This document shows positions 1 through 9,462 of a DNA stretch of 64,000 nucleotides, piece by piece (position 1 is the stretch's first letter; the number at the start of each line of letters is the position of its first letter). Both the position numbers and the translations under genes were made by a program. The notes beneath the pieces were generated by a model that worked only from the letters and a program-made list of their open reading frames with translations, had not been told where the DNA came from and ran no database searches. The DNA comes from a candidate division WOR-3 bacterium (GTDB taxonomy: Bacteria; Hydrothermota; Hydrothermia; Hydrothermales; Hydrothermaceae), in assembly GCA_965649125.1 (NCBI GenBank), contig CBFGJO010000001.1, positions 49,767 to 113,766 of the forward strand. Direction: 5' to 3'.

Positions 1-1
1 A

Positions 2-367
2 ATGGCATTAAGGGGGGCAGAGGTTTTATTTGTAATAGGGGCTTCACCTTTTGAAAGGAAAAAAGACGAGATATGGATAAATTATTTAAAGCAGAGAGTA
101 TATGATAATATTTTACCAGTTGTTTTCTGTAATCAGGCAGGATGTCAGGAAGGAATTGTTTATATGGGCTTTAGCACTTATATAAATGCAAGGGGGGGGA
201 TTGTTGCACAGGGCAAACTCATTGAAGAGGAAATCGTAACTTTTGATGTTGACCTTGACGAGTATAAAAGAGCAAGAAGAAGAGACATAAGGTTAAGGGA
301 AGTAAGAAGGGAGATTATAGAAGAGCTTTTAAAAGCACTGGAGGAAATGGAAAATGAAAGAGATTAA
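2..367 (+). CDS. 3' end of a carbon-nitrogen hydrolase (nitrilase-like glutaminase) domain protein, partner of NAD synthetase; 5' end lies outside the window
   Basis: The ORF is open at the window edge. Its tail ...VVFCNQAGCQEGIVYMGFSTYINARGG... resembles the C-terminal part of the CN-hydrolase domain that is normally fused N-terminally to glutamine-dependent NadE. It overlaps nadE by 14 nt in a different frame. Confidence 0.45.
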   Translation: MALRGAEVLFVIGASPFERKKDEIWINYLKQRVYDNILPVVFCNQAGCQEGIVYMGFSTYINARGGIVAQGKLIEEEIVTFDVDLDEYKRARRRDIRLREVRREIIEELLKALEEMENERD

Positions 368-1196
368 ATTTGAAGAAAGGGAACTGCCAATTATAGAAAA
401 GGTAATAATTGAATCAATCAAAACACGAGTTTTAAAGGCAAATGCAAAAGGTGGGATAGTTGCATTCTCGGGTGGCGTTGATTCATCACTTGTTTTATGT
501 CTTTCAAAAAAGGCTTTAGATAAAAATTTGATTGCCCTGATAATGCCTGAAAAGGGGATTACACCAGAAAAAGATATTGAGGATGCATTAAAACTTGTTA
601 ATAAATTAAAAATTGATTATGAAATAATTGAGATAAATGAATTTATTGAGAGTTTCTCAAAGGTTTTAAAAAGGGGAGACAAAAAAGAAAAAGAATACTC
701 TGTATACAATTCAAAACCAAGAATAAGAATGATAATAAATTATTTATATGCAAATGCATTAAATTATATTGTTATAGGAACAACTAATAAAACAGAACTC
801 CTTTTGGGCTATGGAACAAAATATGGAGATCTTGGAGCAGATATATATCCAATAGGAGACCTTTATAAGACACAGGTATGGCAACTTGCAGAATATATTG
901 GAATAGATGCTGAAATTGTCAAAAAAGTTCCATCCGCGGGCCTGTGGGCAGGACAGACAGATGAAGAGGAAATAGGCTATACATATGAGCAAATTGACTC
1001 TGTTTTATATGCACTTGTTGACCTTGAACTTTCTGTAAGGGAAACATGTGAAATTTTAAAAATTTCTGAAGAGGCGGTTTTAGACCTTTATTTAAGAATT
1101 GTAAGGAGTGAACACAAAAGGAAACCACCAACAATTACAAAGATTTCAAAAATGTGTCTTGATAAAGACTATAAATATCCGGTTGAAAGGGAATGA
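354..1196 (+). CDS. nadE: NH3-dependent NAD+ synthetase (PP-loop ATP pyrophosphatase)
   Basis: PP-loop SGGVDSS at residues 38-44, about 280 aa, typical NadE length and layout. Confidence 0.85.
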   Translation: MKEIKFEERELPIIEKVIIESIKTRVLKANAKGGIVAFSGGVDSSLVLCLSKKALDKNLIALIMPEKGITPEKDIEDALKLVNKLKIDYEIIEINEFIESFSKVLKRGDKKEKEYSVYNSKPRIRMIINYLYANALNYIVIGTTNKTELLLGYGTKYGDLGADIYPIGDLYKTQVWQLAEYIGIDAEIVKKVPSAGLWAGQTDEEEIGYTYEQIDSVLYALVDLELSVRETCEILKISEEAVLDLYLRIVRSEHKRKPPTITKISKMCLDKDYKYPVERE

Positions 1197-1774
1197 TAAA
1201 AATTCTTGGAATAAATGGCTCACCGAGAAAAGATGGGAATACAAGAATTATGATTGAAACAGTCCTTGAAGTTGCAAGAAAAGAGGGCGCCAAGACAAAT
1301 ATCATCCATTTAATTGATTATCCAATCCCTTATTGTTTGGGGTGTTACTCAAAGGATAAAAAACTTTGTAATCCAGAAGTTTTTAAAGAAATGCTTCCAA
1401 AGATTTATGAAGAACTTATCTCTTCTCATGCATACCTTTTTGGAACACCTGTTTACTGGTTCAGTATTTCAGGTATTATGAAAAATTTTATAGACCTTTT
1501 AACAGCCCTTGAAAATATTCAGAAACTATTGGAAAATAAAATTGCAGGCTGTGTTATTTCAATGGAAGAAGATGGAGCAGTAAATGCTGCGTCTCAAATC
1601 CTTATCCCTTTAAATTTTATGGGAATTTTAATTCCACCATTTGCAATTACTTATGCAAGAGGAGATCCTTTTTCAAAGGAAAATGAGGATTTAATTTTTG
1701 AACTTGAAACTATTGGTAAAAACCTTGTTAAATTTGCAAGGATTTTAAATGAGAATAAAAAAATTAATACTTAA
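1193..1774 (+). CDS. Flavodoxin-fold NADPH-dependent FMN reductase / iron-sulfur-flavoprotein-like protein
   Basis: N-terminus MIKILGINGSPRKDGNT is typical of FMN_red/Isf proteins. There is a Cys cluster CLGCYSKDKKLC. 4-nt overlap with nadE stop. Confidence 0.5.
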   Translation: MIKILGINGSPRKDGNTRIMIETVLEVARKEGAKTNIIHLIDYPIPYCLGCYSKDKKLCNPEVFKEMLPKIYEELISSHAYLFGTPVYWFSISGIMKNFIDLLTALENIQKLLENKIAGCVISMEEDGAVNAASQILIPLNFMGILIPPFAITYARGDPFSKENEDLIFELETIGKNLVKFARILNENKKINT

Positions 1775-4700
1775 AGGATTTAAATCATTCCCAAATAAAA
1801 CAGAAATTTTTTTCTCTCCAAAAATCACTGCCTGTGTTGGTCCTAATGGATGTGGGAAAACAAACATATTTGAGGGAATACTTTTTGCACTCGGTGAAAA
1901 AAAAACACAGAATTTAAGAGGAAATACATGGGAGGATTTGATTTTTTCAGGAAATGAAAAGATTTCAAAATTTCTTTCTGCAGAAGTTGCTATAATAATG
2001 GAAAATGACGAAGAAGAAATTGAAATAAGAAGAAAAATTTATAGGGACGGAAGAATAGAAAATTATATAAATGAAGAATATGTATCCCATTTAAAATGGG
2101 ATAAGAGAATATATGAAATTCTTCCGCAAGGCAATTCCTACGCACTTATGAAGAATGAGGATATTGAAAAATTTATAACGGATGGAGAGAGACATTTAAA
2201 AGAACTCATACATTCAATGGCAGGGCTTGAATTTTTTGAAAAAAAGAAAGAAACTTTGAAAAGAAGACTTTTAAGGGTTCAAAGAGAAATGGAAAGGCTT
2301 GAGGATATATTAAATTTGAAGGAGAAAAGGCTGGATGAATTACAGAAAGAAGTTTTCAGGCTAAAAAGCTATTGGGAGATAAAAGAGAGATTAAATGCTT
2401 TAGAAAAGGAAAAAAATTCAATATATTATTTTTATATAAAAAGGGAAATCCAAAAAAAAGAAAGGGATAAAGAAATCTTAATGAAAGAAATGGAAATTTA
2501 TAAAGAAAAAAATTATGAAAAACTCTTAATGGAGATTAAAAAAGAAATTTTGGCAATTGAGGAAAAGATAAAAGAACTGGAGGATAAAGAAAAAGAATTA
2601 ATTCAAAGAGAAAAAGAACTAACCGTGGAGAAGGTAAGGATTTCAGAGAAAAAGGATAATCTTCTTTTAAATAAAAATGAAATTGAAAGGAGAAGAAAAA
2701 GCCTCCTTGAAATTTTAAAAGAGATTGAAAAAGAAAGCATTTCTTTAAAAGAAATTGAATTTAATGAAGAAGAATTTAAGAAAAAAGGGCAAATTCTTAA
2801 AGAGATAGAAGAAGAGGTAGAAAAAATTGAAAGGGAAAAGAAAGAAATTGAAATAAAGAAAATCAGCATTCAGGAAAATATAAAAGTTTTAAAAAATAGA
2901 ATTTCTGAAAATAAGGAAAATATTTTAAGGGAAAAGGGAAAAGAAAAGGTGCTTAATGAAGAAATTGAAAAAATATTAAAAGAGATAAATGAAAAAGAAA
3001 TTTTAAATGATGAAAACATAAAAAAACTTAAAGAGATAAATGAAAAATTGGAAAAAATTGAGGAAAAGATAAACGAAAAAAAGATAAATTTAAAGGGAAT
3101 GGAAAACCGCCTCAAATCCCTTGAAAAAGAAAGGGGAATAGAGGATGAAGATTTATTTTTTAAATTTATAGATCTTGGGGATGAAAAGAATTTTATTTTT
3201 GAAAAAATATTTTATTATCCTCTACTCAGCATAAAAGATATTAAAGAAGATAAGATTTTGAAAGACAAGTTTTTAATAAAGGAAAAAATGGATGAATTTT
3301 TAAATTATAAAATCAAAAAAATTTCTTATGAAGAAAGCCTTGAAAAACTTTTTGAAAACATTTCCCTTCTTGATAAAGATAAAATTTATATTACAAAGGA
3401 CAATTTCATCATAATAGATGGATTTATTGTAGAAAAAATAAAAAAGGAGATATTTTTAAGAGAGAAAGAAATAAAGGAAATTAAGGATAAACTCTTTAAA
3501 GAAAATGAAGAGTTAAATAAACTTATGGAAGAATATAAAAATTTGAATGAAGAAAAAAACAATTTGAGAAAAATTATTGAAGATATTGATAAAACTTTAA
3601 CTCAAAAAAAGAAGGAATTAAGGATTAAGGAGACTGAATATGAGATAGCAAAAATAAACCTTAGAAATTTTGAAAAAATAAAAGGAAAGGACGAAAAGAG
3701 TTTTGAAAAACTTACCGAGGAATTAAATATTTTAGAAGAAAAAAATAAAAACATATGGGAAAAACTCAGAGAAAAGAAAAAATTGAATGACAGGATAAGG
3801 AAGGATTATGAAAGAATGGAAAGATTTAGATATTTGATGAAAACTTATGAGAGAACTTATAAGGAAATTGAAGAGACCCAGGAAAATATAAAGAAAATGG
3901 ATGAAGAGATTAATGGACTTACTAAAAGAAATGAAGAAATTATGAGAAAAGAAGAAGAGGTTATAAAATTAAAAGAGAAAATTTTAGAGGAAAAAAATAA
4001 ACTACTTAAAGAGAAAAATGAACTGGAAAAAAAGAAAGATGATATTTCATTAAAAATTGAAGAGATAAGAAAAAAAATTGAGATTCTGAAGGAGGAAATT
4101 ATTAAAATTGATGTAAAAATTGAAGCGTTAAGGGAAAAACTTTCGGAGTTCGGGGAGGATATAGAAGATAAAGTTCCTTCAAGGAGTATAAAAAAGGTTG
4201 AAGAAGAAATAGAAATTTTAAATAAAAGACTTTTTGAATTTCAGGATGTTAACCTTGCTGCCCAAAAGGAATATGAAAGGGAAAGAGAAGAATACAGTAA
4301 AATAATAGAGAGTTTAAAAGATGTAAAAGATGGGAAAAAGAGAATAGAAGAAGCAATAAAAACTTTAGAGGAAGAGGCAAAGAGAAAATTTTGGAATTTA
4401 TATAATGAATTTAAGAATAAGGTAAAGGAGGTCGCAAAATTTTTGTTAGAGGGCGATCTTTATATAGAACTTGAAAATCCATCTGACCCGTTAAATTCTG
4501 AATTTTTGATAAAGGCAAGCCCTTCTGGTAAAAGAGTTAAAAGTTTAGCACTTTTATCAGGAGGGGAAAGAGCACTCCTTGCCCTGTGTATATTATTTTC
4601 CCTTTATACTATAAATCCACTTCCATTTTGTATCTTAGATGAGGTTGACGCTGCTCTTGATGAGGCAAACACCCTTAAATTTGTCCAATTTATAAAAAAT

Positions 4701-4832
4701 CTTTCAGCAAGAACCCAGTTTTTTATAATAACTCATAATAAAAGAACAATGGAATCAGCTGATATACTCTATGGAGTTTCAATGGAAGAAGGAGTCTCAA
4801 AAATATTTTCTCTTAAACTTGAAAGTTTATAA
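1749..4832 (+). CDS. smc: SMC-like chromosome condensation ATPase (compact, 1027 aa)
   Basis: Walker A GPNGCGKTN near the N-terminus, C-terminal signature LSGGERAL and D-loop/Walker B ILDEVDAALD, and about 800 aa of K/E-rich coiled coil between them. Confidence 0.75.
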   Translation: MRIKKLILKGFKSFPNKTEIFFSPKITACVGPNGCGKTNIFEGILFALGEKKTQNLRGNTWEDLIFSGNEKISKFLSAEVAIIMENDEEEIEIRRKIYRDGRIENYINEEYVSHLKWDKRIYEILPQGNSYALMKNEDIEKFITDGERHLKELIHSMAGLEFFEKKKETLKRRLLRVQREMERLEDILNLKEKRLDELQKEVFRLKSYWEIKERLNALEKEKNSIYYFYIKREIQKKERDKEILMKEMEIYKEKNYEKLLMEIKKEILAIEEKIKELEDKEKELIQREKELTVEKVRISEKKDNLLLNKNEIERRRKSLLEILKEIEKESISLKEIEFNEEEFKKKGQILKEIEEEVEKIEREKKEIEIKKISIQENIKVLKNRISENKENILREKGKEKVLNEEIEKILKEINEKEILNDENIKKLKEINEKLEKIEEKINEKKINLKGMENRLKSLEKERGIEDEDLFFKFIDLGDEKNFIFEKIFYYPLLSIKDIKEDKILKDKFLIKEKMDEFLNYKIKKISYEESLEKLFENISLLDKDKIYITKDNFIIIDGFIVEKIKKEIFLREKEIKEIKDKLFKENEELNKLMEEYKNLNEEKNNLRKIIEDIDKTLTQKKKELRIKETEYEIAKINLRNFEKIKGKDEKSFEKLTEELNILEEKNKNIWEKLREKKKLNDRIRKDYERMERFRYLMKTYERTYKEIEETQENIKKMDEEINGLTKRNEEIMRKEEEVIKLKEKILEEKNKLLKEKNELEKKKDDISLKIEEIRKKIEILKEEIIKIDVKIEALREKLSEFGEDIEDKVPSRSIKKVEEEIEILNKRLFEFQDVNLAAQKEYEREREEYSKIIESLKDVKDGKKRIEEAIKTLEEEAKRKFWNLYNEFKNKVKEVAKFLLEGDLYIELENPSDPLNSEFLIKASPSGKRVKSLALLSGGERALLALCILFSLYTINPLPFCILDEVDAALDEANTLKFVQFIKNLSARTQFFIITHNKRTMESADILYGVSMEEGVSKIFSLKLESL

Positions 4833-5301
4833 AGTTTTCTTCAAATATTTTGCTAACATCAACCCTTTTACCCCATCCAAAATGTTCTTCACTTAAAAGA
4901 TAAACTTTTTCTGGCTGGAATTCAAAAAAAGAAAATTCCCTTCTTTTCTTTAACATCTCTTTTAAATAATATACCTTATTTTTTGCTTTCGGAAATTTCC
5001 TTATATATACTTTGAGTGCTAACAAATTTTCTTTACCTTTTAGTATTCTTGCTTTTCCCTCCATCTGTATCCCTCTTAAAGGTCTTAATTCCTTTGGATA
5101 TATACTCACAGCAACATTTTCATTCTCCATAATATTTTCAGCATGCCTTGTTGTCTTTCTTGATAAAAAATAGAATTTATTGTTTCCATCCCAGGAATAA
5201 AGGAGAGGTGCTATCCAAGGCTTTTTTTCTCTTGAAGTTGCAATTACCATTATTTTTTCATTTTCCAGAATTTCTTTTAATATTTGTTTAATTTCTTTCA
5301 T
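4813..5301 (-). CDS. Pyridoxamine-5'-phosphate-oxidase-like FMN-binding split-barrel protein
   Basis: 162 aa. Pattern IMVIATS...PWIAPLLYSWDGNNKFYFLS is characteristic of the PNPOx-like/general stress protein 26 fold. Convergent with smc, 20-nt overlap. Confidence 0.45.
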   Translation of the reverse strand: MKEIKQILKEILENEKIMVIATSREKKPWIAPLLYSWDGNNKFYFLSRKTTRHAENIMENENVAVSIYPKELRPLRGIQMEGKARILKGKENLLALKVYIRKFPKAKNKVYYLKEMLKKRREFSFFEFQPEKVYLLSEEHFGWGKRVDVSKIFEENFINFQV

Positions 5302-5359
5302 TTATAAAATTATAAGGAATAAAAATTTGAAAACACAATTTTAAATCCTTTATATTAAT

Positions 5360-5797
5360 TTGATGAAACATTTAATTGAAAACATTTTAATCTATATTCA
5401 TATCCTTTCAGCAATTTTTTATGTTGGTGGAGATATGTTATTTCTTTTATTTGGAATGAGTATAAGGCATATTTATAAAGATAATTCCCTTTTACCAGGT
5501 TTTAGAACACTTGGTAAAATTTTCAGGACTGGAAGTTGGTTCTCAATATTTTTACTTTCCATAACAGGAACTTTTCTTTTAATATGGAGATGGGGTGGAG
5601 TTGATTTAAATATGTTAATAAAATTAATTCTTTTTGGAATCCTGATTCCTTTAAAAATAATTCATGATTTTTATACTGCGCCAAAGGCTGCAAGAGAAAA
5701 AAAAGATTTTTATTTCAAAATTACACTCTTTATAGCAAGAATAAATTTTTTGATTTTACTCCTTATAATATTTTTTTCAATGAGATTTGTGAGGTAA
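5360..5797 (+). CDS. Small integral membrane protein (4 predicted TM helices), function unknown
   Basis: 145 aa with four hydrophobic stretches. No recognisable motif. Confidence 0.35.
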   Translation: MMKHLIENILIYIHILSAIFYVGGDMLFLLFGMSIRHIYKDNSLLPGFRTLGKIFRTGSWFSIFLLSITGTFLLIWRWGGVDLNMLIKLILFGILIPLKIIHDFYTAPKAAREKKDFYFKITLFIARINFLILLLIIFFSMRFVR

Positions 5798-6598
5798 TTT
5801 TTTCTTAAAATTTATATAATCTCTTAATATCTTTTTATGGTCAAATACAAGTTTATCAAAGGGGATTTTATTTATTTCAAAAATATGCACATTTTTTGCA
5901 TCAGAACCTGCTTTAATTTCACCTTCTGCTTTTAAAATAAAAACTAAGGATACTGTATGGATTCTTGGATCCCTATCAGGGTCTCCATAAAAATTTAAAA
6001 AATTTTTAATATTTGACTTTAAACCAGTTTCCTCTTCAATTTCCCTTAAAACAGCCTCTTCTGGTTTTTCACCATAATTCACAAACCCACCAGGAAGGGC
6101 AAGCCCATAAGGAGGATTATTTCTTTCAATTAAAACAATCCCTTTAAATTTTTTATCTTCGTAAACCTCAACAATTCCATCAACTGTTAAAAATGGTGTT
6201 TTTATATTTTTCTCAATTATTATTCTTGAAATGAGATTATCAACCTTCTTTTCTATCTCATCCCTTATTTTTCTAAAAAATTCAATATCCTTTCCAGCAG
6301 GATCTTCTATTTCCCAGTAAATCACATTTTTACCAAAATTAACTCCTTCAACCATATTTATAATATAATCAAAATCAAAGAGATTGAATTTTTCAACACC
6401 TTTTGTTATGTTTTTTGAGATATCAATACCCTTTTCCTTCATAACTTCTATTGCTAATGGATGAACTGAAATAGAAGGTGATATTCCCGCGCTTTGCACC
6501 TCAATATTTAAATTTTTTATAAGAGCCTTTTCCTTCATAAAACCTTCTGCCATCTGGCTTCTTGCAGAATTTGCAAAACAAATAAAAATAACCTTCAT
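5777..6598 (-). CDS. Fusion protein: low-molecular-weight phosphotyrosine phosphatase / ArsC-like domain + NUDIX hydrolase domain
   Basis: N-terminus MKVIFICFANSARSQMAEG contains the CX5R(S) P-loop of the LMW-PTP/ArsC family. The C-terminal half contains the Nudix box GGFVNYGEKPEEAVLREIEEETGL (GX5EX7REUXEEXGU). 4-nt overlap with nth. Confidence 0.7.
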   Translation of the reverse strand: MKVIFICFANSARSQMAEGFMKEKALIKNLNIEVQSAGISPSISVHPLAIEVMKEKGIDISKNITKGVEKFNLFDFDYIINMVEGVNFGKNVIYWEIEDPAGKDIEFFRKIRDEIEKKVDNLISRIIIEKNIKTPFLTVDGIVEVYEDKKFKGIVLIERNNPPYGLALPGGFVNYGEKPEEAVLREIEEETGLKSNIKNFLNFYGDPDRDPRIHTVSLVFILKAEGEIKAGSDAKNVHIFEINKIPFDKLVFDHKKILRDYINFKKKLPHKSH

Positions 6599-7227
6599 AT
6601 TCTTTTTTCACACAAGTTCTGAATCGGACAAAAATTGCATTTTGGATTCCTTGGCAAACATATCTTCTGACCAAGTGCAACAAATAATAAATTTATTTTC
6701 CTTTTTAAATTTTCTGGAATAGTCTTTTCAAGCTCTTCTTGAATCTTTTTCCCATCTTTTACAATCCCAATCCTCTTTGAAATCCTTGCAACATGTGTAT
6801 CAACAGCAATAACACTTCTATTAAAACCTTCTGATAAAACTATATTTGCAACTTTTCTTCCAACTCCTGGCAAACTTATAAGTTCATTAAAATTATCTGG
6901 AACACACCCTTTATATTTTTTAACAATTATTTCTGAAATTTTTTTAATATTCCTTGCCTTAACTTTGTAAAATCCTACAGGATAAATCATCCTCTCTATT
7001 TCATTAATTTTCATCTTTATAAGACAAGAAGGCTTTTTAACCCTTTTTATTATTTCTTTTAAAACTTTTACTACAATTTTATCCTTTGTTCTCGTTGAAA
7101 GAATTGCTCCAATTAAAATATGAAACTTATTTTTATTTGGGAGATTTTTTAACTCTTTTATTGGTACATCCCATTTTTCATACTCTTTTTCAAGAATATT
7201 GATTATCTTTTCTATTTTCTCTTTCAA
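6595..7227 (-). CDS. nth: Endonuclease III (DNA glycosylase/AP lyase)
   Basis: HhH-GPD core LPGVGRKVANIVL...AVDTHV and the [4Fe-4S] ligand pattern C-X6-C-X2-C-X5-C (CLPRNPKCNFCPIQNLC) at the C-terminus. Confidence 0.85.
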   Translation of the reverse strand: MKEKIEKIINILEKEYEKWDVPIKELKNLPNKNKFHILIGAILSTRTKDKIVVKVLKEIIKRVKKPSCLIKMKINEIERMIYPVGFYKVKARNIKKISEIIVKKYKGCVPDNFNELISLPGVGRKVANIVLSEGFNRSVIAVDTHVARISKRIGIVKDGKKIQEELEKTIPENLKRKINLLFVALGQKICLPRNPKCNFCPIQNLCEKRI

Positions 7228-7228
7228 T

Positions 7229-7867
7229 TCAGAATAAAAATGGGGCTTCCTTGAAAATAAAACTCATTATAATTTTGGAAGGTAAAAAAACAACTGGATA
7301 GAAGACATTTAACCCTAGAACTGTATACGAAATGAAAATTAGCGCAAGCAGCATAAAAGGTGAAAAACTTTCAATCTCTCTATATTTTAAATAGTATTCA
7401 TATGGCAGAATTGCTTCAAGAATATGGGAACCATCAAGAGGGAAAATGGGAATTAAATTGAAAAAGGCAAAGAAAAGATTCAAAAAAGCAGTATATAAAA
7501 AAAGATAAAAAAGGATTTTTATAAAAATATTTGAAGTAAAAAGGGGATAAAAAATTTTTGCTAAAATTCCAAATAAGATGCCTGAAATTATATTTGATAA
7601 AGGACCTGAAATTGCAACAATTCCCTTATCCCTTCTCGGATTTTTAAAATAATATGGGTTTACAGGAACAGGTTTTGCCCATCCTATATGGAAAATTAAA
7701 AGAGCAATAAAACCAAAAACATCTATATGCTTTAATGGGTTTAAACTGAGTCTCCCTGAAAATTTTGCAGTTGGATCACCAAGTTTTAATGCAATAAAAC
7801 CATGAAAAAATTCATGAACTGTCATAGCATAAAGAATGCCTGGAAGATACAAAAGGAATTCTTTCAT
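7229..7867 (-). CDS. M50-family (site-2 protease-like) membrane zinc metalloprotease
   Basis: HEFFHG (HExxH) inside the first TM helix and multiple TM segments, as in SpoIVFB-like small S2P proteins. Confidence 0.65.
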   Translation of the reverse strand: MKEFLLYLPGILYAMTVHEFFHGFIALKLGDPTAKFSGRLSLNPLKHIDVFGFIALLIFHIGWAKPVPVNPYYFKNPRRDKGIVAISGPLSNIISGILFGILAKIFYPLFTSNIFIKILFYLFLYTAFLNLFFAFFNLIPIFPLDGSHILEAILPYEYYLKYREIESFSPFMLLALIFISYTVLGLNVFYPVVFLPSKIIMSFIFKEAPFLF

Positions 7868-8083
7868 TTATTTTCTATAAATTATCCTTCCTCTTGTTAA
7901 ATCATAAGGGGAAAGTTCCATAACTACTCTATCCCCTACTTCTATTCTTATAAAATTCAATCTAAGTTTTCCTGAAAGATGAGCAAGGACAACAGGACCT
8001 TTATCTAATTTTACCCTGAACATTGTGTTTGGCAACTTTTCAATAACAGTTCCTTCAAGTTTTATTACATCCTTTTTTGCCAT
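7868..8083 (-). CDS. infA: Translation initiation factor IF-1
   Basis: 71 aa. [15 protein letters not shown]...FRVKLDKG...LAHLSGKLR...[16 protein letters not shown] is a canonical IF-1 S1-like fold sequence. Confidence 0.92.
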   Translation of the reverse strand: MAKKDVIKLEGTVIEKLPNTMFRVKLDKGPVVLAHLSGKLRLNFIRIEVGDRVVMELSPYDLTRGRIIYRK

Positions 8084-8827
8084 TTAAACCTGAGTTAAAA
8101 TAATGGGTTCTTCATCTATCAAAACAGTATGTTCAAAATGGGCAGAAGGAGATGAATCAATGGTTAGTACTGTCCAGCCATCACTTGAAATTTTAACTTT
8201 CCCACAGCCCATACTCACCATTGGTTCTATTGCTATAACCATACCTTTTTTAAGTAAAATCCCTCTGCCCTTTTTGCCAAAATTAGGAATCAATGGTTCT
8301 TCATGGAGTTCATTCCCTACCCCATGGCCTGATAGTTCTTTTATTACTGAAAAACCATTATACTCAATGTGCATCTGTATTGCATAAGATATATCACCTA
8401 CCCTGTTATTAGCTTTTGCCTCTTTTATACCTTTATAAAGGGCTTCTTCTGTTACTTTAAGAAGCCTTTCTTTGTCCTTTGCAAGAATTTCTACTCCATA
8501 ACTTCTTGCTCCATCTCCATAATATCCATCCTTTCTTACTCCAATATCTATTGATACAATTTCACCACTTTTTAAAGGTCTTCCATTTGGTATTCCGTGA
8601 ACCACCTCTTCATCAATAGAAATGCAAGATGCAGCAGGAAATCCTTTGTATCCTAAAAATGCAGGTTCAGCCTTATATTTTCTTATCCAGTTTTCAATCA
8701 ATCTATTTATCTCAAATTTTGTTATTCCCGGCTTAATATACCTTTCTAAATTTAAAAGACAATCCGCTACAATCTTACATGCTTCCTTTATCTTTTCAAT
8801 CTCATTTCTTTTCTTTATTATTATCAT
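8084..8827 (-). CDS. map: Methionine aminopeptidase type I
   Basis: 247 aa. Pita-bread motifs FLGYKGFP, VVHGIP, DIG and HGVG..LHE are recognisable. Confidence 0.9.
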   Translation of the reverse strand: MIIIKKRNEIEKIKEACKIVADCLLNLERYIKPGITKFEINRLIENWIRKYKAEPAFLGYKGFPAASCISIDEEVVHGIPNGRPLKSGEIVSIDIGVRKDGYYGDGARSYGVEILAKDKERLLKVTEEALYKGIKEAKANNRVGDISYAIQMHIEYNGFSVIKELSGHGVGNELHEEPLIPNFGKKGRGILLKKGMVIAIEPMVSMGCGKVKISSDGWTVLTIDSSPSAHFEHTVLIDEEPIILTQV

Positions 8828-9462
8828 AAAGAATTCTTTATATTCTCAAATATTTTTTCTGGTTCTCCTTCTCCATTTATCTTTACTATTTTATCTTTAT
8901 AATAATTAATCAACTCCTTTATCTTTTTTTTATAAACCTCTATCCTTTTTCTTATAACATCTTCCCTATCATCTTCTCTTAAAATGAGTTTAACATTGCA
9001 TATATCACAAATCTCATCATTTTTTGGCTTTTCAATCAAAAGACTATATATTTTTTTACACAAAGGACATATTCTTCTTGAAGAAAGCCTCTTTATTATT
9101 TCATTTTCATCAACATTTAAATAAAAAACTTTTTCAATCTTTAAAAACTTTTTTTTCAAAATCTCATCCAGCATCTCTGCCTGCTTGAGTGTTCTTGGAA
9201 AACCATCAAGAATAAACCTTATTCCCTTTTTTAAATTTTTTTTTATTATTTTAAGCATAAGTTCATCTGGAACAAGAAGCCCCTTTTCCATATATTCCTT
9301 TACAAACTTCCCAATTCTTGTATTTTTTTTTACTTCCTCTCTTAATATATCACCTGTTGAAATAAAAGAATAGTTTAAAAATTCTGCAAGTTTCCTTGCC
9401 TGTGTCCCCTTTCCACTTCCCGGTGGTCCCATGAATATAAATCCCTTACCTTCTTCTACCAT
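8824..9462 (-). CDS. adk: Adenylate kinase (long form with Zn-finger LID)
   Basis: P-loop GPPGSGKGTQ. LID cysteines CPLCKKIY...CDIC. The ORF track begins 10 codons earlier at 9492. Either start overlaps the secY 3' end. Confidence 0.9.
   Translation of the reverse strand: MVEEGKGFIFMGPPGSGKGTQARKLAEFLNYSFISTGDILREEVKKNTRIGKFVKEYMEKGLLVPDELMLKIIKKNLKKGIRFILDGFPRTLKQAEMLDEILKKKFLKIEKVFYLNVDENEIIKRLSSRRICPLCKKIYSLLIEKPKNDEICDICNVKLILREDDREDVIRKRIEVYKKKIKELINYYKDKIVKINGEGEPEKIFENIKNSL

Noticed and set aside
1193-1774. Calling the flavodoxin-fold protein a true iron-sulfur flavoprotein (Isf).
   Set aside because: Only three clustered cysteines are visible (CLGC...C), not the compact four-Cys motif of Isf. 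Kept as generic FMN-reductase-like.
2603-3115. Two minus-strand ORFs (88 and 81 aa) inside smc.
   Set aside because: Antisense to the K/E-rich coiled coil. Their Ser/Phe/Ile-rich low-complexity translations (FSSIFSNFSF...) are the reverse-complement image of GAA/AAG/AAA codon runs. No RBS and no motif, so these are artifacts.
8103-8909. Three plus-strand ORFs (94, 61 and 95 aa) antisense to map and adk.
   Set aside because: Fully nested in well-supported minus-strand genes. Low-complexity translations and no start context.
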